A stretch of DNA of 58,472 bases, from assembly GCA_963662665.2 (NCBI GenBank), contig CAXXJS010000014.1:1-58472 (forward strand), in the 5' to 3' direction. This DNA comes from Candidatus Latescibacterota bacterium (GTDB lineage: Bacteria > Latescibacterota > UBA2968 > GCA-2709665). Below are positions 31,524-42,317 of the stretch, piece by piece (position 1 is the first letter of the stretch; the number at the start of each line of letters is the position of its first letter). The translations under genes were made by a program, and so were the position numbers. Below the pieces are notes generated by a model. The model was given only the letters and a program-made list of their open reading frames with translations, was not told the origin of the DNA and ran no database searches.

Positions 31524-32474
31524 ATGAGCGACAGCGGCGCGCTGCGGGAATCGATGAACGCGAGAGGGGTTTACGTCTTTGTGATGACACCCATGGAGAC
31601 GGCCCTGAATCGGCAGGGCAGATACCGGATCGATACGGTTGGCCTGGAGAAGAACGCGCGTTACTTTTCGGGGATCGACGGCCGTAAGACCCTGGTAATC
31701 TGCGGCGGCTCGGGCGAATTCTACGCCCTTTCGCCCTCCGAAGTCAGAGATCTCGCCGCCGCCGCGGTTTCGGGCGCCCGGGGAAAGTGCCAAATTGTGT
31801 GCGGTATCGGCTGGAGCACGAAAAAAGCCGTGTCAATGGCGGAAAACGCGCAGGACGCGGGCTGCGACGCCTTGCTCGTGATGCCGCACGACCCGGTCGT
31901 CGCCCGGGGAGAAACGGCGATCTGGCGCCATCATCGTTCAATCGCAAAAGCCGTTGATATTGGTATAATCCCCTTTCGCGCGCCCCGGCAGCTACTTTCA
32001 ATAGATCTTGTGAAGCGTTTTTCCGACCTCGAGAAGGTCGTCGCCATCAAGGAGGAGAGCAACGCCGTCGACTGGGTGCGTACCGGTTGCCTTGTCACGG
32101 GAAACGCCGTGCCCATCATCACCGGGGGCGGTGAGAATATGGCGCCCTACTACTATCTCGCGGGCGCCAGGGGATTCACTACGGGAATGGCCAACCTCAC
32201 CCTGCCAATGTCAATTGATATGCACAACGCCTGTATTCGAAGGCGCTGGAATGCAGCCATGGATCTCCGCGACTTCTTCGAGCCCATGGCCGCCCTGAGG
32301 GGTGAACTCGGCACCCCCATGTTGAAGGCGGGGCTGGAATTGATGGGCCTTGCCGGCGGACCCATGAGAGACGCGCAACAAGCGCAATCAACCGGAACCC
32401 CTTCACGCGACATTCTCCCGGCAAGGGACCGGGCCAGGGTCCGAAACCTGTTAAAGAAAACGGGGGTGCTCTGA
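31524..32474 (+). CDS. DHDPS-family lyase (5-dehydro-4-deoxyglucarate dehydratase-like)
   Basis: GGSGEFYALS, ALLVMP, VAIKE Schiff-base lysine. Confidence 0.8.
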   Translation: MSDSGALRESMNARGVYVFVMTPMETALNRQGRYRIDTVGLEKNARYFSGIDGRKTLVICGGSGEFYALSPSEVRDLAAAAVSGARGKCQIVCGIGWSTKKAVSMAENAQDAGCDALLVMPHDPVVARGETAIWRHHRSIAKAVDIGIIPFRAPRQLLSIDLVKRFSDLEKVVAIKEESNAVDWVRTGCLVTGNAVPIITGGGENMAPYYYLAGARGFTTGMANLTLPMSIDMHNACIRRRWNAAMDLRDFFEPMAALRGELGTPMLKAGLELMGLAGGPMRDAQQAQSTGTPSRDILPARDRARVRNLLKKTGVL

Positions 32475-32551
32475 ACGCACCCCCATTCGGTTCCCTCATT
32501 CCGTGTTAGGGATTATCGACCCGCATTATTGCGATCATCCACCGTCAGTGC

Positions 32552-33823
32552 CTACCCCGACCCCGATCCTGACGTGGACAGATTACCTTCCCCGTCGAAG
32601 TTCATTTCCACCGGTTCACCAGAAACCTCTACCTCCGGCAACGCTGAGAGCTCCGGGAGCATCGGCTCGGATGCCCAGAGATGTTCCAGTTCCAGCGTCG
32701 AGCGTATCCGCATCACCCTCGCGCCGCAGTTTCCGCGGTATCCCAACACGCCAAGCGCGATCTCAATTGCCTCCCGGTCGCTTTCGCCCACGATAGGAAT
32801 ATTCCCGCGATTCAGGAACGTTGTGGTAATGGCGTTGGCATACGTGGCCGTAAAGTCGATATTATCCACAAGCCGGCGGGTCGTCACGTCGGCCAGTCCG
32901 ATTCCATTGGCGTTGCCATGCGTCTCTTTCGTCAGATCGAGCGCAACGACGCGTTCGATGCTGGGAGAATCCGGTTCCTCGATGCCCGGCAGCCATATCC
33001 GTCCTATGATATTGGGGTCCATTCCCGTCCCGCTGATATTCTTGCCAATCCGGTCCACAATCAGGAGATCGATGTGTTGGACGGGCAACCCGGGCATCAA
33101 CTCCCGTGCCTCATCCAGCAGGCCCGGTTCAGTCGCCGCCAACTCGTCCGGCTCCACGGCAACCACCCTCGCCGTCTGCTCGTAAGCGTTTTCCAGAATG
33201 GCCACCCCAAGCGCGATGGGGGCCTCCTGAAGGATTATCCGCCCCCAGGCCGGTATCATTTGCGGCAATCCGGCCGCGCCCATCGAATGTGCCAGCGTGG
33301 CGCCTCTGTGCGACCCCAGCCCGATGGTCATCATTTTCATCAGGCCACTCTCAAACGGACCGCGAAACGACGTATGCGGCTTGATCCGATTTACCAGCAC
33401 CACCGCGTCGGCCTTTTTTGCCAATCGGTTCAGCACAACAGGAATGCCGTCGGCGGTTTCTCCTACCTGTACCACTTCCATTGTGGCGTGGACGGGCGCT
33501 CCCATCGTGGATTCGTCAATGCCGTACGAGGCGAGAATCGCTTTCTGCCCGTTGGCCGTTGCCCCGCCGTGACTGCCCATCGACGCCAGAATAAACGGGT
33601 TTCCCCCGAGTTCCCGGACACAGTCCACGACCGTCCGCGTCAACTGCGCGATCCGGTGAATGCCCCTGCTGCCGGCTGTAATCGCGACCCGTTCACCGCG
33701 GGAAATACGTTTGCCCAGCGATGAATTCAATACGCACCGGCGCGTCTGCGCGACGGGGTCGTCCAGGCGCTCCGGGTCAAACGTCTGCCGCAACGGAAAC
33801 ATCCGGGGAAGATCCATCTCCAT
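32552..33823 (-). CDS. Lactate-racemase N-terminal-like (DUF2088/DUF362-type) protein
   Basis: VAITAGSRGI, MGSHGGAT, NRIKPHT, GKNISGTGMDPN, HGNANGIG. Confidence 0.8.
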   Translation of the reverse strand: MEMDLPRMFPLRQTFDPERLDDPVAQTRRCVLNSSLGKRISRGERVAITAGSRGIHRIAQLTRTVVDCVRELGGNPFILASMGSHGGATANGQKAILASYGIDESTMGAPVHATMEVVQVGETADGIPVVLNRLAKKADAVVLVNRIKPHTSFRGPFESGLMKMMTIGLGSHRGATLAHSMGAAGLPQMIPAWGRIILQEAPIALGVAILENAYEQTARVVAVEPDELAATEPGLLDEARELMPGLPVQHIDLLIVDRIGKNISGTGMDPNIIGRIWLPGIEEPDSPSIERVVALDLTKETHGNANGIGLADVTTRRLVDNIDFTATYANAITTTFLNRGNIPIVGESDREAIEIALGVLGYRGNCGARVMRIRSTLELEHLWASEPMLPELSALPEVEVSGEPVEMNFDGEGNLSTSGSGSG

Positions 33824-33842
33824 CCTTTTCCATCAGGTCGAC

Positions 33843-34691
33843 CTACGATAACCGGAACACCGATTCCGCGTTTCCGGCCGTGATGCGTTGACAGGCATCT
33901 TTTGAAAGATCGGCCTTCCGGATATAATCCAGCATCGGCGGGGTGCCTACGATGGAACACGCCGGCGACGGCCGGGTGTGGATGGTGTCCGTGGCGAACA
34001 TCAACCGATGCTTCCAACGCTTCAGAAAACGCAACCCGAATGCGGCGTCTCGTGTGATGGCGTTATAGCCCGACTGCGCCGAGAGGTCGGCATACAGATT
34101 CGTGTATTTCCGAAACAGCGTATCCAGACGCCCGCCGGGCGCCACCGGCCCCTCCGGATAGCGCTCGCCCTGCCCGACCTCCCCTGAGATTTCCCGCCAG
34201 AAGTATTGCGCGTGGCCTACCCACTTTACATTCCGGTAGGTCTTCACCATCCGCTCGAAACCCGGCAATCCCGTGTCGTCCCGGTTGATCCAGTGGTCTA
34301 TATGCATGACGATGGCCACTCCCAGCCGGTCGCACGCCTCGTACACGCGCCGTTGCATCGGATCGTCCACCGGGAGCCCGCACAGGTTCTCGCCGTATCC
34401 CACGCATCCAAGGTCCATATAGTGCTCGAGGATCGGGTAGGGATTGAATTTGCCGGGGTACCGATGCCTCGGATCCACGGCGCAAAGCGGCAGCAACCGG
34501 TCCCGGTGCGGCCGGGTGAGCCTCAGCAACTCTTTCGTCGTCATGTAGAAGTCGAGCTCTTCAGGCACCTCCACCGCCATCACAATTCCCTTCTCGATCC
34601 CGTGACGGTCCATCCAGCGCAACAGCATGGCGGGAGTGAGGCCCGGGTCTTCCAGCACAAGTTGCCCCAGATGCAGGTGTGTGTCGATCAT
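33843..34691 (-). CDS. Amidohydrolase_2-family protein (paralog B)
   Basis: IDTHLH, GYGE, NLYADLSA, LMFATD. Confidence 0.88.
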   Translation of the reverse strand: MIDTHLHLGQLVLEDPGLTPAMLLRWMDRHGIEKGIVMAVEVPEELDFYMTTKELLRLTRPHRDRLLPLCAVDPRHRYPGKFNPYPILEHYMDLGCVGYGENLCGLPVDDPMQRRVYEACDRLGVAIVMHIDHWINRDDTGLPGFERMVKTYRNVKWVGHAQYFWREISGEVGQGERYPEGPVAPGGRLDTLFRKYTNLYADLSAQSGYNAITRDAAFGLRFLKRWKHRLMFATDTIHTRPSPACSIVGTPPMLDYIRKADLSKDACQRITAGNAESVFRLS

Positions 34692-34743
34692 GTTCTGCTC
34701 CCTCGCATGCACGGGCAGGATTTCTCAGACCCGAAGTGTCCGC

Positions 34744-35565
34744 TCAGAGCCGGAACACCTTTTCGGCATTGGTCCGTGTGATTCGTTCGAACGCGTCTTT
34801 TGAAAGCGGCGCGCTCTTGATATAGTCGACAATTGGCGTTTCCTGCCCTACCCGCAGGTAGTCGGTGGCGAACAGCAACCGGTGTTTCCAACGTTTCAGG
34901 AACGACAGACCGAATTCGGGGTCCCGGGTAATGGCCCCGTACCCGGAGCCCGCGGAAAGGTCCGCGTAAAGATTGCGGTACTCTCTGAAGAGCGCTTCAA
35001 CCCTGCCACCCGGCGCCACTCTACCATTGGGATACCCCACCGCGGAATCCACGTCTCCCGATATCTCGCGCCAGAAGTGGGGAGAATGCCCGATGAAATT
35101 CACGTTCCGGTAGGTCTTCAGCATGCGTTCAAACCCGGTAAGCCCGGGCTTGTCCCGATTAATCCAGGAATCGAAGTGCATTACGATGGCAATGTTCAAC
35201 CGGTCGCACGCCTCGTAGACGCGTTCCTGCATCGGATCGTCCACCGGCAGACCGCACAGATTCTCACCGTATCCGACACAACCCTGATCCATGTAACTCG
35301 CTATGATCGGGTACGGCTGAAACCGGCCGGGGTACCGGTGACGGGGGTCCACGGCGCAAAGAGGATTCAGCCGGTCGCGATGCGGGCGCGTCATTTTCAG
35401 CAGTTCCTTCGTCGTCACGAAGAAATCCAGCTCCTCAGGCACCTCCACCGCCATCACCACCGCCTTTTCGATTCCCTGCCGGTCCATCCAGCGAAGGAGT
35501 TTCGCCGGCGTCAATCCCGGATTGTCGAACAGGAGTTGTCCCAGATGAACATGCGTGTCGATCAT
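34744..35565 (-). CDS. Amidohydrolase_2-family protein (paralog A)
   Basis: IDTHVH, GYGE, NLYADLSAGSG, LLFATDY. Confidence 0.88.
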   Translation of the reverse strand: MIDTHVHLGQLLFDNPGLTPAKLLRWMDRQGIEKAVVMAVEVPEELDFFVTTKELLKMTRPHRDRLNPLCAVDPRHRYPGRFQPYPIIASYMDQGCVGYGENLCGLPVDDPMQERVYEACDRLNIAIVMHFDSWINRDKPGLTGFERMLKTYRNVNFIGHSPHFWREISGDVDSAVGYPNGRVAPGGRVEALFREYRNLYADLSAGSGYGAITRDPEFGLSFLKRWKHRLLFATDYLRVGQETPIVDYIKSAPLSKDAFERITRTNAEKVFRL

Positions 35566-35655
35566 TTCACTCTCTCCGACTCAGTGTTTGGCCCGTGAAA
35601 CAGTTGCCATTCTTCCGCCTGTCTCGCTACCGCGTTTTTCAGATTTTCGGCCGGC

Positions 35656-36804
35656 CTACCCGCCTTTCGAACCCCTACGCAGCGTGTCCATGATCAAAAG
35701 CGAAATCGACTGAACGGTCTCGTCGAGATCAGCATTTTCGAATGACGGCACACCGGCAATGTCGCCAACGTCTAGAATGTGCTGCTGGATTTTCATGATC
35801 TGGTCCAGGGACTTGATGTACCGGTGCCGTGTGCGACCGGCGGCGTGCTTCCCCCGGCTCTCAAACCGATCCGTAAATTGCTGTAAATCGGTAAGAAACA
35901 GATTCAGATGGATAAATAGCGCCTTTCCGGAAAACCCTTCCAGTTCCAGCAGGTCGGGCATCAGATGAACGCCGTCGACGATCAGGCTTACGTTTTCGTC
36001 GATCGCCCGCGCAATGGTCGCGCGCACGCCGACGGATACGCGGGCCGCCTGTTCGCGAAAACCGTAGATAACGGGATCGGGCGCCTCGTCGGCAGGCACG
36101 GGGATCGCCTCCCACGCCGCGTATGACGAGACCTGTAATTCGGGCATGAGTTCGGACGAGATCATCAGTCGCATCACCTGCCGGATCTCGTCGGTCGACG
36201 CCACCCGCGAAACCCGCAGCAGATTGGCGAGCGCCACGCCCACCGTTGTCTTGCCGACGCCCGTTCCCCCGCCGATCAGCACGATCAGGGGCAATGTCTG
36301 CTCGCCTTTTCGAAACCGGTTCCAGATGCCGTACCGCTCCGCGAACGCGTCGCCTGAGTCGATGCGGAGCATGTTCAGCGTCGCTTTCAGGATATCGTCG
36401 CGGTTTACCACCGTCCTGTTGTTCCGGATGAAATCGCCCTCGATTCGCTCGGCGATACGGTAGGCCTGGCTTTCGTCGACCCCGGTAATCGCCAGGGAGT
36501 CGGAGAGATGATCTTTCGAGAACGGCCGCGTGCCCAGGTCGTCTTCAACCAGAATCTGCCTGGATCGCGGCGCCCAGAAAACACCGTCTCCCACCGGCCG
36601 GTCGGCGAAAAGCTCACGGGCATGCGTATGTACCAGATCGATCATTTTGCCGGCGGGTACTTTTTTCTGTTTCTGGATGGAACTTCTGACCCGGTCCGCG
36701 ACCTGATATGCCTCCCGGAAAGAGAATCCCTGCTCCAGCAGATAGTGCGTGAGCATTCCTCTCAGGAACGGAATGCGCCTGCCGCTATCTACAATGATGG
36801 CCAC
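35656..36804 (-). CDS. 2-phosphoglycerate kinase-like P-loop kinase with two N-terminal ATP-cone domains
   Basis: PFLRGML and PFSKDHL cone-like starts; GGGTGVGKTT; STDEIRQVMR; IVDGVHL. Confidence 0.8.
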   Translation of the reverse strand: MAIIVDSGRRIPFLRGMLTHYLLEQGFSFREAYQVADRVRSSIQKQKKVPAGKMIDLVHTHARELFADRPVGDGVFWAPRSRQILVEDDLGTRPFSKDHLSDSLAITGVDESQAYRIAERIEGDFIRNNRTVVNRDDILKATLNMLRIDSGDAFAERYGIWNRFRKGEQTLPLIVLIGGGTGVGKTTVGVALANLLRVSRVASTDEIRQVMRLMISSELMPELQVSSYAAWEAIPVPADEAPDPVIYGFREQAARVSVGVRATIARAIDENVSLIVDGVHLMPDLLELEGFSGKALFIHLNLFLTDLQQFTDRFESRGKHAAGRTRHRYIKSLDQIMKIQQHILDVGDIAGVPSFENADLDETVQSISLLIMDTLRRGSKGG

Positions 36805-36988
36805 CGTAGCCCCCCGAGACGCCGCGTTTGAAACTTGCGATCCGAATTAAAAAAACCGTGCCGACGAGGACGACCCACGCGATAGAATTAGGCCGGTCGG
36901 CGAACGGAAGTCAACCGAAAATACACGCGACCGGCTCACCGCCTCCATCTCCCCGATTATCTACCGTAACCTCCTGTTGCCAAGCATA

Positions 36989-38128
36989 TTACGCCCGTAC
37001 CGGTATGAGATTCAACGGATACTCGGACAGCGTTTCCACGCCCGTGGTCGTAATCACGAACGTATTCTCAAGACGGATTCCCGCGCGCAGGTCGCTGCTG
37101 TATGCCCCCGGCTCGCAGGAAAACACGTCGCCAACTTCAAAGATCGCGTCCCGGTCGCGGTTGATGTCCGGCGTCTCATGGGGCCGCAACCCCACGCCGT
37201 GGCCGCCGTGATGAATCAACCCGGAACCGGCAAGATGGGCGTGTTCGCGAATGCGTGCGTCAATCTCTTTCCACAGTTCGGTTGCGCTTCCGCCCGGCCG
37301 GACCAACCGTGGAATTTCCTCCAGGATTCCGGCAAGGTGTTCGTAGACCGACATCTGCAGGTCCGTGGGCTGTCCGCCCACCGCGAACGTACGCGCCAGG
37401 TCCGACCAGTACCCGCGATAGGTGGACTGGGCGTCGATGATGTAGAGCTCGCCAGCCTCGATCTTTCGATCCCTCGCGGTCCCGCCGATGACGCCGGCCT
37501 GATAGTCTCCCCCGTGATAGACCACCTCTCCCGCGGCGCTCATGGCCGCCTGCTGCGCCTCGGCCAGCACATCCAGTTCATTCACCCCCGGCTCGATCAG
37601 TTCCTGAGCCCGCGTATATGCCGCCAGATCGACTTCGACACTCTTCCGCAACAGCGCCAGTTCGTCGGGATCCTTACGTTTGTGCAGCTCTTCCAGCAGA
37701 TTATCTACCGGCGCCCAGGTATCCGGTGACAGCCTGGCGTCCACCGTCTCCGCCAGCAGTCTGTCAAGGCCCTCCTGTTGCCACCCGATGCGGCTGACCG
37801 CCCTCACGCCGCTCAATCTTGACGACACCGCCTGGTCGAGCTGGCGGACGGGATCGGGGTTCATGGTGCTCATGATGTGCCATTCGTAGGTGATCCTGTC
37901 GTCCACCAGCGCCTCGCCGTCCTCCGTATGGGCCGCCAGCCAAGAGCCGCCGTCCGTCTCGAAAAACAGGAAAGCCGGGAAATAGAACGCCGGATAACCA
38001 GACAGCAACAATCCCGTCAGATAGTAGATTTCGATATGATCCGTAAGTACGACGGCGTCGATTCCATCTGCGTCCAGTTTCACGCGAAACCTGGTCTGCC
38101 GGTCCTTGCAGCCTTCCGCTGTCAACAT
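36989..38128 (-). CDS. Xaa-Pro peptidase (M24)
   Basis: IDAQ..GYWSDLART, HHGGHGVG..HE, EPG, GIRLEN. Confidence 0.88.
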   Translation of the reverse strand: MLTAEGCKDRQTRFRVKLDADGIDAVVLTDHIEIYYLTGLLLSGYPAFYFPAFLFFETDGGSWLAAHTEDGEALVDDRITYEWHIMSTMNPDPVRQLDQAVSSRLSGVRAVSRIGWQQEGLDRLLAETVDARLSPDTWAPVDNLLEELHKRKDPDELALLRKSVEVDLAAYTRAQELIEPGVNELDVLAEAQQAAMSAAGEVVYHGGDYQAGVIGGTARDRKIEAGELYIIDAQSTYRGYWSDLARTFAVGGQPTDLQMSVYEHLAGILEEIPRLVRPGGSATELWKEIDARIREHAHLAGSGLIHHGGHGVGLRPHETPDINRDRDAIFEVGDVFSCEPGAYSSDLRAGIRLENTFVITTTGVETLSEYPLNLIPVRA

Positions 38129-38364
38129 GAAAAGGTACTCCTTTCCCTAGCGTTCTGTCCGGGAAATGGATTGCCGCATGGGTACATATTTCGGAGACCC
38201 GATACCTCGCCTGCAGGGCACCTATTTCAACGGACTGTCAGCCGGTTTGTTTTGCTGTTCAGAATTCCGTTTCTGTCGTATGATAACAGGACCGGAGGCG
38301 GCCAGTCAAGCGAATTGGCGGTCAGTGGTTCCAATTCGGGCTCAATAAAACTGAAAGGAACGCT

Positions 38365-39399
38365 ATGGCATCTCTTCGTGCCGGTGTGGTGGGCGCCGGT
38401 AGTATCTCCCGCAGGCACATCAACGCGTGGCAGGCCCATCCCAACGTGGACCTGACCTGCATCGCGGACATCAGCGAGCAGGCCGTGAACAGCCGTGCGG
38501 ATGAATTCGGCATCCGTAACCGATACACCAGCCATTCGGACATGTTCAGTAACAAAAAACCGGACATCCTCAGCATTTGTACGTGGATGAATACCCACGC
38601 GGAGATCGCCGTTTCCGCGGCGGAGGCCGGAATCGCCGGCATCCTGTGCGAAAAGCCGCTGGCCGGCAGTCTGGAGGCAGTGGACCGCATTATCGACGCC
38701 GCAAACAGAAACGGAACGCGCGTCGCCGTGGGGCACCATCACCGGTTTCGCGGCGCCTGCGAGAACGGACGGGAAATGGTGCTGGGCGGCGCGGTCGGGC
38801 AACCCGTACTCTTTCACGGCAACACGTCCGGCGGCCTGCTCAACAACGGCACGCACTTTGTGGACATCGGCCGCTACCTGATGGACGATCCGACGCCTGC
38901 CTGGGCGATCGGCCAGGTGGTCCGGCACACCGACCGGCACGAACGACACGACCCCATCGAAGATCTGTGTACGGGAGTCGTTGCGCTGGATAACGGCGCG
39001 CGCATCCTGATCGAGAGCGATATGCCGGAACCGGCGCCGCCGGACGGCGCGATGACGCTGCAGGGAACCGAAGGCACGCTGGTCGTCACTTCCAAAGGCG
39101 CGCGATTGCTCAATGACGCGGGGTGCCAGGAGGTGGACGCCGCACAGGACACGGACGTGGGTGTCGCACAGGCCGCGGAACTCGTGGACTGGATGGAGGG
39201 CCGCGTGAACGAGCACCGCAACGCCATCCGGAAGAACCGCGGGGTCATCGAAATCCTCATGGGCATCTACGAATCCGCCCGAATCCGCGATACGGTCACC
39301 TTTCCGCTCGCATCCGGACCCTCCCCCCTGCATCGAATGATCGACGACGGCGACCTGCCCGTGACCGTGCCCGGGAAGTATGATATACGGATAAGATAA
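38365..39399 (+). CDS. Gfo/Idh/MocA oxidoreductase
   Basis: GVVGAGSI, CEKPL, NGTHFVD. Confidence 0.92.
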   Translation: MASLRAGVVGAGSISRRHINAWQAHPNVDLTCIADISEQAVNSRADEFGIRNRYTSHSDMFSNKKPDILSICTWMNTHAEIAVSAAEAGIAGILCEKPLAGSLEAVDRIIDAANRNGTRVAVGHHHRFRGACENGREMVLGGAVGQPVLFHGNTSGGLLNNGTHFVDIGRYLMDDPTPAWAIGQVVRHTDRHERHDPIEDLCTGVVALDNGARILIESDMPEPAPPDGAMTLQGTEGTLVVTSKGARLLNDAGCQEVDAAQDTDVGVAQAAELVDWMEGRVNEHRNAIRKNRGVIEILMGIYESARIRDTVTFPLASGPSPLHRMIDDGDLPVTVPGKYDIRIR

Positions 39400-39400
39400 C

Positions 39401-39439
39401 AACCGGACCAGGATTGAACAGGATTACAGACCGATTAAA
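39401..39439 (+). repeat. Degenerate direct repeat, copy 1 (copy 2 at 43528-43577)
   Basis: aaccggaccaggattga...caggat...ccgattaaa in both. Confidence 0.7.
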
Positions 39440-39542
39440 CAGAATTGAAACCAATCCAAAGACTGTAGTTGATGTGATGTCTCGAAAAGCATGACAGGTA
39501 GTGAGGTATGGCGAAATGGTCAGACCCCGAGTTCACAGCCTG

Positions 39543-42289
39543 ATGAAGTCGTTTTCGCTGGCGATATGCGTCGTTGTATTGCTCTGCCAGCCGAGTGTGA
39601 TTACCGCTTCGCCGGTGCAGGCTGACAGCATGCATTTCTGCGCGGTGTTTGACTACGAGCAGTGGCTGCGGGACAACCCTCCGTCGGCCGGCAAGATGGC
39701 AGCGGACCTGGATGTCGGGGAACCGCGGACGGTGCGGATGATCTACTTCCTGCCGAACGACGAGCCTCTTCGTCAGGAAGTGATTGCTTTGATGAAAGTC
39801 AGGATTCGGGAGGTTCAGAGCTTCTATGCCGAGCAGATGGAGGCGCATGGCCACGGGAACAGAACCTTCCGCATCGAAAACGATGCCTTGGGAGAGCCGT
39901 TGGTGCATCGCGTCGACGGTCAACATCCCGGAAGCTACTATCACGAACCTCTTGTGATTAGAGATGAGATTCGGAGGTTCGATCTCCGGGAGAACCTCTA
40001 CTTCATCGTCGTCGACGCTGACTTCAGTCAAATAGCAGGAGTCGGATCACGGTACAACAAGAAGGGTGGCTTTGCGTTGGTAGGAGCAAGTGTGCCCTTT
40101 ACTACGGCAGCCCACGAACTGGGCCATGCCTTCGGCTTGGGTCACGACTTCCGCGATGATGCGTACATCATGTCGTTTGGTCCGGGACGGGATCGGTTAT
40201 CGGCATGCGCTGCCGAGTTTCTTGCCATCCATCCCTATTTCAATCCCGACAGTCCAATTCATGAGACACTGCCACCGACCGTCGAACTCATATCGCCGCG
40301 TGCCTATCCGGCAGGCTCGGAGAGCGTCTCCATTCGACTCAAAGTCGGCGATTCGGATGGGCTTCACCAGGTGATTCTCTACGCTTCTTCGAGGGACTTA
40401 TTCGTTGGTGCCAGGGGATTTCCCGAAGTCAAGGCGTGTCGCGGGTTGTCCGGCGAGAGGGATGTAGTCGTCGAATTCGAGTACGATGGCAGTATTCCCT
40501 CTTCCTCTTTCTCAAGTCTCTCCGATCCGATTGTGCATCCGATCAGGGTCAGGGTCGTTGATACCGGGGGAGACGAGAACTGGAAGGATTTCATACTTTC
40601 AGAGATCTCATCGTACCACATTGCCACCTTGGAAGGGCATTCGGATGGGGTCCGGGCGATGGCGGTTTCTCCCGATGGGGACATTCTGGCTTCCGGGGCG
40701 TCAACTCCTGACGGGGGAAGAGATACCACGGTCAGGCTGTGGGACGTGGCGAGCCGGAAAGAGATCGCCAGGCTCAAAGGGCATTCGAGTGGAGTCACCT
40801 CCGTAGCGTTTTCGCGTGGCAGCGCCCTCCTGGCTTCCGGGTCGAGAGACGGCACGATTCTGCTGTGGGACGTCCCGAGCCGCACCGCAATCGGCAGCCT
40901 TAGAGGGCATAGGCATGGGGCCTGGGCGGTGTCGTTTTCGCCCGACGGTGCCCTCTTGGCTTCGGGAGCGTCGGACTTCACGGTCAGATTGTGGGACGTG
41001 ACGAGCCGCACAGAGATCGGCATCCTGAAGGAGCATTCGTTTTGGGTCACTTCGGTGTCGTTTTCGCCTAACGGTGCCCTTCTGGCAACGGGGTCGTACG
41101 ATGGCGTAGAACTGTGGGACATGGCGAGCCGTACAGAAATCGGCATCCTGTCCAGGGATGGGGTCAGTTCCGTGGGGTTTTCCCGGGATGGAACCCTCCT
41201 GGCAACGGGAATGCTCGATGATACGGTCAGATTGTGGGACGTGGCGAACCGTAAGGAGGTGGGCATCCAAAGTGGTCATACGGATGATGTCCGTTCGGTG
41301 GGGTTTTCGCGGGACGGGACCCTCCTGGCTTCCGGGTCCGAAGACGGAATGGTCATACTGTGGGATGTATTGACAGGGAGAAAAATCGTCGCTTTCCCGG
41401 GTACGGGTCGGGTCCGTTCGGTGGTGTTCTTGGGCGACGATGCCACGCTCGCTTCCGGGTCAGACGACGGCGATATCGCACTGTGGGATGTCTCCCAGTG
41501 GACGGGCCCCCGTCCCTCGGCCTTGGAGACCATCTCCGGCGACGGTCAGCAGGGCGTGTCCGGGGAGCCGCTGGCCCACCCCTTGATCGTGGAAGTGCGG
41601 GATCAGGACGGGAATCCGCTGCCGGGCGCGGCCGTCACCTTCACGGTCACCGCCGGCGAGGGCAAGCTCAGCGGGCGGTCCGTCACAACCGATGCCGACG
41701 GCCGCGCCACCACGATCCTGACCTTGGGGCGTCAGCCGGGTGCCAACACAGTGGTCGCCACCGTGGAAAGACTGGAGCCGGTGGCCTTCACCGCCACCGG
41801 AGTGGCCATTCCCCGGACGCTGAAGAAGCTCTCGGGCGATGAGAGGGAAGGACCGGTGGGGTACCGCCTTGAGCGAGCCCTTCGTGGTCGAAGTGCGGGA
41901 TCAGAACGGCGAAGCTCTCGCCGGGGTCGAGGTCACCTTTGCGATCACCACCGGCGAGGGCACCCTCTCAGTGACCGGCGCCACCACCGATGTCGACGGC
42001 CCGCGCCGCCACCACGCTCACGCTGGACAGCACTCCTGGGACAAATGCCGCGACGGCCACCGTGGCCGGCCTGGACCCGGTGACCTTCACCGCCACCGCC
42101 GAAGCGACCCCCGACTTCGACGGCGACGGGACCGTCGATTTTTCCGACTTTCTGCATTTCGCGTCGCAGTTCGGGTTGAGCAAGGGCGACGAGGGTTTTG
42201 ACGCTCGATTCGATCTGGACGGAAACGGCTCCATTGGGTTTTCGGATTTTCTGATTTTCGCCGGCGCTTTCGGATCGGGCGACTCATAA
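39543..42289 (+). CDS. Secreted metzincin protease - WD40 propeller - Ig-like - dockerin/EF-hand protein, two apparent frameshifts
   Basis: Signal peptide; HELGHAFGLGH; ~7 WD40 repeats; ISGDGQ..VEVRDQ Ig modules; DFDGDGTVDFSDF/DLDGNGSIGFSDF; +1 shifts near 41860 and 42000. Confidence 0.85.
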
Positions 42290-42317
42290 TTCAAACACAA
42301 ACAGCCGAGGAATTGCC

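Noticed and set aside
40620-41500. Nucleotide repeats as CRISPR or DGR template/variable repeats
   Set aside because: They are in-frame WD40 coding repeats; no spacers, cas genes or reverse transcriptase in the window
41855-42005. Programmed frameshifting or phase variation in the WD40 gene
   Set aside because: Both shifts are single extra bases in short G or C runs; sequencing error or decay is more likely and needs reads to decide
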